The notes beneath the pieces are model-generated. The model did not search any database and was not told the origin of the DNA. It saw only the letters and a list, made by a program, of their open reading frames with translations. A DNA stretch of 64,000 nt. It comes from Patescibacteria group bacterium. Lineage in GTDB: Bacteria > Patescibacteriota > Patescibacteriia > UBA9934. A program made the translations under genes and the position numbers. Positions 57,675-64,000 of the stretch are shown here, one piece after another. The stretch covers positions 160,992-224,991 of the forward strand of contig JBAQTB010000001.1 in NCBI GenBank assembly GCA_049296775.1, written 5' to 3'. How positions within the stretch are numbered: the stretch's first letter is position 1; each line of letters starts with the position of its first letter.

Positions 57675-58712
57675 ATGCATCATGGTCACAAACTAATGTG
57701 GTTAGCGGGAGGCCTGGGAGTTGGTCTATTTTTTGCCATGTTCTTTTTTGTACCTAAACCGGGCGAGCTCCAAATCCCCTACTTTTTACAGGTTTATTTA
57801 CCTCAAGCCGCGGATAAAGCCATTGCGGACGTGCCAGCCCCGGCAGAACCCAAAATTACCATGACCTTTGTGGGCGACATTATGTTAGCGCGAGCCGTAG
57901 AACGTTCTATCGTCGCCAATGGTACGGACTGGCCATTTGCTGAGCTTGGCAACTTGTTTGCAGACTCAGATTTGGTGATTGGCAACCTGGAAGGCACCGT
58001 GAGACCCACACGCAACCTGGAAGTCGTTAATCAAATGGTGTTTGATACCACGCCAGACAATATCACCATGTTAGCCGAAACTGGTTTTACCCACTTATCC
58101 TTAGCTAACAACCATACTGACGATTACGGCCCTCAAGTCACATTGGAAACACGACAAAGTGTCGCTGAAAATGACATGACCCCATTTGGCGACCCCCTGA
58201 GTGGAGGGAGTTTTATTGCACGCGAAAATCTGAACGGTTTGTCCGTGTCTTTAATCGGATTCCACGCTTTTGGTGAAGACACTGAGAATATTTTAGCCGC
58301 CATTACTTCTGAAGCTGAACAAGGGAGATTCGTAATCGTTTACCCACACTGGGGTGTAGAGTACGCCACCACGGCACCCGGCGTAGAAACTACGGCCGCT
58401 AAACACTTCGTGCAGGCTGGAGCTGACTTGATCATTGGCGCACACCCACACGTCATTCAAAATATCGAAATTATTGATGGCGTACCGGTGATTTACTCCC
58501 TGGGCAATTTCTTATTTGACCAAGATTTCTCAGCGGAAACGCGCCAAGGACTCACCGTAAAGGTCACTTTAACCCCGGAAAATATTCAACTAGATTTTAC
58601 CCCGGTAAGTATAGTAAACAGACAGACTTTCCCCATGGAACAAGTAGCCGCTGACAAACTTTTGGCAGATCTGGATTTAATTAATGGTAGTCTCAGTGTC
58701 CCTAGGCAATAA
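57675..58712 (+). CDS. CapA/PGA_cap-family metallophosphatase (poly-gamma-glutamate/capsule biosynthesis-like)
   Basis: N-terminal TM; VGDIMLAR, GNLEG and LANNHTDDYG motifs. Confidence 0.75.
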   Translation: MHHGHKLMWLAGGLGVGLFFAMFFFVPKPGELQIPYFLQVYLPQAADKAIADVPAPAEPKITMTFVGDIMLARAVERSIVANGTDWPFAELGNLFADSDLVIGNLEGTVRPTRNLEVVNQMVFDTTPDNITMLAETGFTHLSLANNHTDDYGPQVTLETRQSVAENDMTPFGDPLSGGSFIARENLNGLSVSLIGFHAFGEDTENILAAITSEAEQGRFVIVYPHWGVEYATTAPGVETTAAKHFVQAGADLIIGAHPHVIQNIEIIDGVPVIYSLGNFLFDQDFSAETRQGLTVKVTLTPENIQLDFTPVSIVNRQTFPMEQVAADKLLADLDLINGSLSVPRQ

Positions 58713-59150
58713 ACCAAATTCCGTTAATGCACCGCGCAAACCTGGCTTCTTTACTTCCCAAGCTTGATCGACAAGTTGATTTGGTGTCCCCCACTCTACT
58801 TGAGAAAATTCACGGTGATGGCGATCTAAATGAAAATCACAGTCCGGAGACACTTTAAACAGAAAGAATTGCTGCTCCTGACCGGTAAAACCTAACCGTT
58901 GTTGGAATTCCAGCGGCCACACGTAACGGTATTTAGTTTCTGAACTAGCGATAATCTCAAATTGATTAGGCTCTAAGCCGATTTCTTCATGTACTTCACG
59001 AATAGCTGCTGCAAGCGGAGTTTCACCCGCATCAATACCGCCCTGCACCGTCTGTGCCGTACCGGATTCATCATCAACCCGACGACACAACAAGACCCTA
59101 CCCAGTCCATCGGTAATCAACACAGCTACATTTGGGCGATATTTGTCCAT
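58677..59150 (-). CDS. NUDIX hydrolase
   Basis: Nudix box GGIDAGETPLAAAIREVHEEIGL; start at MDKYRPN; the track's N-terminal extension would run into the tRNA. Confidence 0.75.
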   Translation of the reverse strand: MDKYRPNVAVLITDGLGRVLLCRRVDDESGTAQTVQGGIDAGETPLAAAIREVHEEIGLEPNQFEIIASSETKYRYVWPLEFQQRLGFTGQEQQFFLFKVSPDCDFHLDRHHREFSQVEWGTPNQLVDQAWEVKKPGLRGALTEFGLLPRDTETTIN

Positions 59151-59162
59151 AAGGCAAAAAAT

Positions 59163-59193
59163 AAAACACGAAACCGAGAGGCTACGTGTTTTA
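59163..59193 (-). terminator. tRNA-Leu(TAA) terminator
   Basis: AAAACACG...CGTGTTTTAT hairpin immediately 3' of the tRNA on the minus strand. Confidence 0.5.
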
Positions 59194-59280
59194 TGGTACC
59201 GGGAGTGGGACTCGAACCCACGATCCATTTCTGGAAGCAGATCTTAAGTCTGCCGCGTATACCAACTTCGCCATCCCGGC
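59194..59280 (-). tRNA. tRNA-Leu (anticodon TAA), class II
   Basis: Reverse complement GCCGGGA TG GCG..CGC G GCAGA-CTTAAGA-TCTGC, variable arm TCCA-GAAA-TGGA, GTGGG-TTCGAGT-CCCAC, TCCCGGT-ACCA. Confidence 0.85.
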
Positions 59281-59409
59281 GTACCAATTGATTGTTAGTT
59301 AACGACAGCCAGTATGTCACTTCTCTTAGGAAAGATCAAACTAGGCCCTAATCGGGGCCTGTCCCCTGTTTATTTTGCGTGGGTCTGAGGGGTAAAGTAA
59401 GATGGGGCT

Positions 59410-60444
59410 ATGATTGAAGAGCAAGCGCCCTTAAAAACTCCTAGAGAAGTGGCTCCAGAAGCCGGCGAGGAGGAGCAAAAAATTGAAAACCGCTTGCGTC
59501 CTAGCAAGCTGGAAGATTTTGTTGGCCAGGACGAGCTTAAAGAGAATCTAGATATCTTTATCAATGCTGCCAAAGGTAGAAATGAACCACTCGAGCATAT
59601 TTTGCTCTACGGCAACCCAGGCCTAGGTAAAACCACACTAGCCCACATCATTGGAGCGGAAATGGGCGCTAACGTTAAGGTTACCAGCGGCCCAGCCTTA
59701 GAACGAGTTGGCGACCTAGCCGCCGTACTCTCCAACCTAGCTCACGGCGATATCTTATTTATCGACGAGATTCACCGCATGAATCACAGTATCGAAGAAG
59801 TGCTGTACCCGGCCATGGAAGATTTTGCTTTAGACTTAATGGTTGGAAAAGGACCATCGGCTAGAACGTTGAGACTGGCGCTGGAACCATTTACGATTAT
59901 TGGTGCTACAACCAGACTCTCTCTCCTCTCAGCGCCGTTGCGCGACCGCTTTGGTTCCACCTTGCACCTGAATTTTTACAATGAGGCTGATATGGCCAAG
60001 ATTGTCAGCCGAAGTGCCACGATTTTGAACATGCAAATTGATAATGAAGCTGCAGAAACTATTGCTAAGCGCTCCAGACGCACGCCGCGTATTGCTAATC
60101 GACTCCTGAAACGGGTCCGTGACTACGCGCAAGTCAAACATGAGGGCCAGGTGACTAAATTAGCGGCTGATGGCGCGCTAAGTATGCTGACTATCGATCA
60201 CCTAGGACTTGATAGTGTCGACAGACACCTGCTCGCGACGATTATTGATAAATTCCAGGGGGGACCGGTTGGACTGGGCACTCTGGCCGCCGCCACCCAA
60301 GAAGAAACCGATACCATTGAAGAAGTTTACGAACCGTTTCTGTTGCAATTGGGCTTTTTGGACCGCACGCCCCGGGGACGCGTGGCCACGCCCTTAGCCT
60401 ACGAACACCTAGGCCTCAAAGGTAGCCGAGTAAACCCAGAATAA
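59410..60444 (+). CDS. ruvB: Holliday junction branch migration helicase RuvB
   Basis: Walker [10 protein letters not shown]; AAA+ sensor regions; RuvB C-terminal winged helix. Confidence 0.95.
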   Translation: MIEEQAPLKTPREVAPEAGEEEQKIENRLRPSKLEDFVGQDELKENLDIFINAAKGRNEPLEHILLYGNPGLGKTTLAHIIGAEMGANVKVTSGPALERVGDLAAVLSNLAHGDILFIDEIHRMNHSIEEVLYPAMEDFALDLMVGKGPSARTLRLALEPFTIIGATTRLSLLSAPLRDRFGSTLHLNFYNEADMAKIVSRSATILNMQIDNEAAETIAKRSRRTPRIANRLLKRVRDYAQVKHEGQVTKLAADGALSMLTIDHLGLDSVDRHLLATIIDKFQGGPVGLGTLAAATQEETDTIEEVYEPFLLQLGFLDRTPRGRVATPLAYEHLGLKGSRVNPE

Positions 60445-60464
60445 GTGTTACAATAGGTGCAATT

Positions 60465-60728
60465 ATGTTCTCCTTCCCCTTAGCTTACGCCTTGATCCCG
60501 TTTCTTTTAGTCGTTTTGTTCGCAATTGTATTCTTGTTTTTTAACTTATTTCACATTCGCCGCTACGCCATCAGATCAACCGGCACCACTTTTTTGTGGC
60601 TCAGCTATATTGTCTGTTTCGGTTTGATCCTGGGTTTATTCGGCAGTTATTTAGCGACCATCGACTGGAGTCGAGAAATTCAGGTCAACGATTTGTTACC
60701 AGATTACCAAAGTTCTAGTCGACTATAA
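60465..60728 (+). CDS. small membrane protein
   Basis: 87 aa, two TM helices. Confidence 0.35.
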   Translation: MFSFPLAYALIPFLLVVLFAIVFLFFNLFHIRRYAIRSTGTTFLWLSYIVCFGLILGLFGSYLATIDWSREIQVNDLLPDYQSSSRL

Positions 60729-60737
60729 CCTACTTGT

Positions 60738-61325
60738 ATGTTGTGTCTTGATGAACTCCCCAACAGCCTCCCGGAAGAAGAAGTGCAGATCTTCTTAAGA
60801 CGCCATTGGATTGAATTGCTACGCATCGCTCTATTTATTGGCCTGATGTTACTTGTCCCAGTGGTGGTAATCGGTTTTACCAACTTTGCCGGGATACCCA
60901 TTGGCCAGCACCCGTTCTGGGGGCCAGTCAGCGCGCTCATGCTGGCCAGTTATCTCCTAATTGTCTTCACTTTAGCCATTACCGAAATCACCGATTACTG
61001 GTTAGATGTCTGGATTGTCACCAACGAACGTGTGATCAACTCCGAACAGCACGGTCTGTTCAACAGACTGGCCTCGGAAGTACAGCTAGAACAGATTCAA
61101 GACATTACTAGTGAAACTAAAGGCTTCTTGGAAACATTTCTGACTTACGGCGACGTTTATGTACAAACAGCCGGTGAACGGGAACGTTTCCGCTTCAAAA
61201 ATGTCGACAACCCTGATGATGTAAAAATTACGATCAGCGATCTCGTTAGAACATGTAAAAACACTCACCATCACAACCCGGGAAGTAGCGCTAAAGAATC
61301 AGGCGCGGCTAACATCAAGATTTAA
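60738..61325 (+). CDS. bacterial PH-domain (bPH_2/DUF304, YdbS/YdbT-like) membrane protein
   Basis: Two TM helices then YWLDVWIVTNERVI...GDVYVQTAG. Confidence 0.6.
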   Translation: MLCLDELPNSLPEEEVQIFLRRHWIELLRIALFIGLMLLVPVVVIGFTNFAGIPIGQHPFWGPVSALMLASYLLIVFTLAITEITDYWLDVWIVTNERVINSEQHGLFNRLASEVQLEQIQDITSETKGFLETFLTYGDVYVQTAGERERFRFKNVDNPDDVKITISDLVRTCKNTHHHNPGSSAKESGAANIKI

Positions 61326-61357
61326 AACACGGAGCCAATTGGCTCCGTGTTTTTTTC
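61324..61357. terminator. bidirectional terminator between convergent genes
   Basis: ACACGGAGCC-aatt-GGCTCCGTGT with T-runs on both strands. Confidence 0.6.
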
Positions 61358-63189
61358 TACTGCCACTGTTTGGCTAGATCGACACCTGTGTAAAAGTATT
61401 TGAGGATATAATCCCATGAATCACCGTTATTGGCCATACATAGGGCACCGGAAGCAGACATACCCACACCATGTCCCCATAAGGTTTTACCGGCATCACA
61501 AGGCACGGCTACACCTTTGGACCATGGAATATTGCCACCCCAGACCTCACTCCAATCTCTGGTTCGACCGTCTGAACGTGAGAAGTAAGCGGTAATGGCG
61601 GTCGCACCTTCATAGGTCACAATCCGACCACGTGTAGCCTCAATCGCCTCAGTCAGCTTAGGCGTAATTTCTTCCTGCCCGTACCCGCGATACACCTGAT
61701 CTAAATAAGCATCCACGTGATAGCCCTCAGCTTTATGCTTAGTGGCGCGCTGCCAGTGGTAAAAAGCGTAAGTGCGGGCGGCGGTAATCAAAGCTTTCTG
61801 AAACTCTAGGTGTGATGCGTTCGATGTTTCGGCTAAACCGCGCAAGTAATACTCCATGCCGAGCTCATTAATCAGCCAAGTCCGGTCATGAGTGGTGTTA
61901 TACCGGAGCTCGAGTACGTTTCTGTAAGTATTACTAGCCCGTGACGCGCTTCTGGTTTCTCTAGCGTCAAAGTTGGTAATCGTCATGACCGCATCTTTCA
62001 CCACCGGCACAAAACGCAACGGCGAGCTAGAGCGCTGATTATCCGCGCCATAAACATACTGACCATTTACGTAAGCCGCACGGACTTTCTGCTCCTTAGT
62101 ATATGACCCGAGCAACACGCCGTCAGTGTTTCTTAACTCAAAATCGCTTTGATAAGAAGTAATATAAACTTCATCATCAGTTTCTTCATCAACAATCAAA
62201 ATCCCTACCCTCATGGTCGGCTCGGCAATGTAAGCCACGGTGTCTTCTTCAATTACCGGCGCCCGCACAGCCTCAGCTGCACCCTCTGTTACAGTCGTGG
62301 GTAATTCCACAAAAGCATCCGGCACTTCCTGACCATTGGCAGTTAATTGAAATTTAGCCGTGTGCGTGCCATTGGCCCTGGGCGCAGTAAAGAAAAAATC
62401 GACCAACGCCGTTTCCCCCGGCTTAACGGTCCGGCCAGACACAAGCGCAATCTGACTCCCGTTCCAAGTGGCATGTTTAAAACTTACGGTATCAGCAGAG
62501 GCCACACTGACATCTGGCGCTTTCAAGCCGAAAGAAGTCCAAGCTGTGGTGCCTGTGTTCTTAAAAAGTGCCGTAAATGACACGGTTTTACCAGCCTTAA
62601 CCCGCAAACTCGTCGCGGTCTGAGTGATAAGTTGAGCCGTGTAGCCGGCACTACTCTCTGGCGTAACTTGGTCTGTTGGCGCCGTGACGGGAGCCGCGGA
62701 CTGTTCCCTAACCTCAATTTTCAGAGTAAACTCACCACCCGGAATCCAGGCCGTACCCTCTGAAGCTAAGCTAAAAGTTTCAGAATAAGTACCGGTCTTA
62801 GTGGGTGCGCGTAACTGGAACGCCAGGCTGCCCGTAGCTTTTGGGGCCACACTCGGCTCAATTAGGCGCTTAACTTGTGATGGCGACAGCCAAGTTCCCG
62901 GATCAAAGGAACTTGCTCTATACTTAGGGCCGTGGGTGTAGAGTGAAATATACCCAGGGCCATCATTCTTCCAAGTGGTAGTACCTGTATTTTGGAAGGT
63001 GACTGTGACAGTCTTAAGTTCACCTGGCGCCATGCTCAAAGTACCGCCGCCGGTAGTTGAGACCCGCGTGGTCGATAAACTTGCCGCCTGTACAGAAACC
63101 GGCACCGCGGCACACAATAGCGCCAATAACAACCCGATCGAAGTAAGTTTTTTGAGAAAATTCGACATAATACTATTTGAGTATAACAT
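61357..63189 (-). CDS. SpoIID/LytB-domain protein with N-terminal CARDB/NEW3-like beta-sandwich domains
   Basis: Signal peptide; C-terminal SpoIID motifs YYLRGL..ARTYA and AYFSRSDGRTRDWSEVWGG. Confidence 0.75.
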   Translation of the reverse strand: MLYSNSIMSNFLKKLTSIGLLLALLCAAVPVSVQAASLSTTRVSTTGGGTLSMAPGELKTVTVTFQNTGTTTWKNDGPGYISLYTHGPKYRASSFDPGTWLSPSQVKRLIEPSVAPKATGSLAFQLRAPTKTGTYSETFSLASEGTAWIPGGEFTLKIEVREQSAAPVTAPTDQVTPESSAGYTAQLITQTATSLRVKAGKTVSFTALFKNTGTTAWTSFGLKAPDVSVASADTVSFKHATWNGSQIALVSGRTVKPGETALVDFFFTAPRANGTHTAKFQLTANGQEVPDAFVELPTTVTEGAAEAVRAPVIEEDTVAYIAEPTMRVGILIVDEETDDEVYITSYQSDFELRNTDGVLLGSYTKEQKVRAAYVNGQYVYGADNQRSSSPLRFVPVVKDAVMTITNFDARETRSASRASNTYRNVLELRYNTTHDRTWLINELGMEYYLRGLAETSNASHLEFQKALITAARTYAFYHWQRATKHKAEGYHVDAYLDQVYRGYGQEEITPKLTEAIEATRGRIVTYEGATAITAYFSRSDGRTRDWSEVWGGNIPWSKGVAVPCDAGKTLWGHGVGMSASGALCMANNGDSWDYILKYFYTGVDLAKQWQ

Positions 63190-63197
63190 TACCCCGT

Positions 63198-64000
63198 ATG
63201 AACGTAGCTAAGGCCTTTGCCAAAAATTCAATCCTGCAGCTAAGCGGCAAACTGTTTGGAACGTTGCTGGGGCTCTTGACCTTCTGGCTTATATTACACT
63301 TTTTTGACACAGATGGCTTTGGGTTATTCACGACCGCCATGACCTACGTAACGATTTTCGCGATTATCGTAGATTTTGGGCTAACCCTGACCACCACCCA
63401 GCTCATTTCTGAGGCCGGTGCAGATGAAGCTAAATTATTGGGCAACTTGGTAAGTCTCAGAACGCTCACGGCCGTAATTTTCATGTCACTCTGTCCGATC
63501 ACGGCGGCTTTCATTCCTCAAAGTGAAGGCATCATGAATTTGATCGTACTCGGCTCAATCACGTATTTCATTTCTGCCGTGGCCCAAATGTTCCAAGGCG
63601 TGTTTCAGAAACGGCTGAATATTGGCATGGTGGTCGTGGCAGAAACGGCTAACCGCGTTATTTCAATCACTGGAATCGTCATTGCAGGTTTAACGGGTGC
63701 CGGGATTGTGGGCGCGACCGTGGCGTTCTTAGTCGGGATTGTGGTGCAGCTCATCATCATGCTCGGCGCCACTAACCAGCATGTGAAGTTTAGACCGCAA
63801 ATGGATTTGGCGGTGTGGGCCACCATTATTAAACGCAGCTGGCCAATTGGTGTCTCAATTTTATTCAACTTGCTTTATTTACGTGGCGATATTTTCTTCA
63901 TGTGGATTTTTGGCATCTCACCCACTGAAATTGGTCAGTACGGCTCGGCTTACAAGGTTGTGGATGTGGTGACCATGTTGCCGGTGACACTCATGGGACT
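63198..64000 (+). CDS. oligosaccharide/polysaccharide flippase (Wzx-like, MOP superfamily), 3' end outside window
   Basis: Starts MNVAKAFAKNSILQLSGKLFG; multiple TM helices; ORF open at the window end, so absent from the track. Confidence 0.6.
   Translation, partial: MNVAKAFAKNSILQLSGKLFGTLLGLLTFWLILHFFDTDGFGLFTTAMTYVTIFAIIVDFGLTLTTTQLISEAGADEAKLLGNLVSLRTLTAVIFMSLCPITAAFIPQSEGIMNLIVLGSITYFISAVAQMFQGVFQKRLNIGMVVVAETANRVISITGIVIAGLTGAGIVGATVAFLVGIVVQLIIMLGATNQHVKFRPQMDLAVWATIIKRSWPIGVSILFNLLYLRGDIFFMWIFGISPTEIGQYGSAYKVVDVVTMLPVTLMG

Overview
This 64-kb window looks like a small, gene-dense bacterial genome of the Patescibacteria/CPR type, possibly Saccharibacteria-like. Background GC is about 48-50%, genes are tightly packed with stop/start overlaps, and typical CPR surface genes are present (lamin-tail-domain protein, DUF4012, DUF4349, VanW, SpoIID, FG-GAP L,D-transpeptidase). 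There are no in-frame stop-codon reassignments. The core housekeeping content is ileS, ruvA, ruvB, a split transketolase, rpiB, rpe, rlmH, ribE, manC, an unlinked 23S-5S rRNA pair, and four tRNAs (Ala-TGC, Leu-TAG, Gly-GCC, Leu-TAA). The interesting part is an accessory segment at about 28.1-46.3 kb that begins next to tRNA-Ala. It contains the following. (i) A textbook sigma70 promoter (TTGACA-17-TGcTACAAT) that drives about 1 kb with no ORF but many perfect hairpins capped by GNRA/UUCG tetraloops, a candidate large structured ncRNA. (ii) A roughly 7-kb block at about 60-65% GC with strongly GC3-biased orphan genes, clearly foreign to the rest of the window, flanked at a distance by two paralogous TrmB-type regulators. 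(iii) Inside that block, a duplicated ~135-bp 5' leader with a 16-bp dyad operator (TCGACAATGTTGTCGA) and a cUUCGg hairpin, each copy ending exactly at the ATGACC start of a paralogous coiled-coil protein gene. (iv) A recurring intergenic motif TTCTCTCTC..TATCAGATGAGGAC. Elsewhere I note a DUF559 endonuclease gene framed by perfect 24-bp (extended ~37-bp) inverted repeats, a tandem ~83-bp repeat with a 16-bp hairpin at the 3' flank of tRNA-Leu(TAG), a 53-aa Lys/Ala-rich histone-H1-like gene missed by the ORF track, and an EndoQ-like PHP nuclease. No CRISPR array, integrase or transposase was seen. All function calls are from motif recognition by eye; coordinates of RNA genes and small elements are +/- a few nt.
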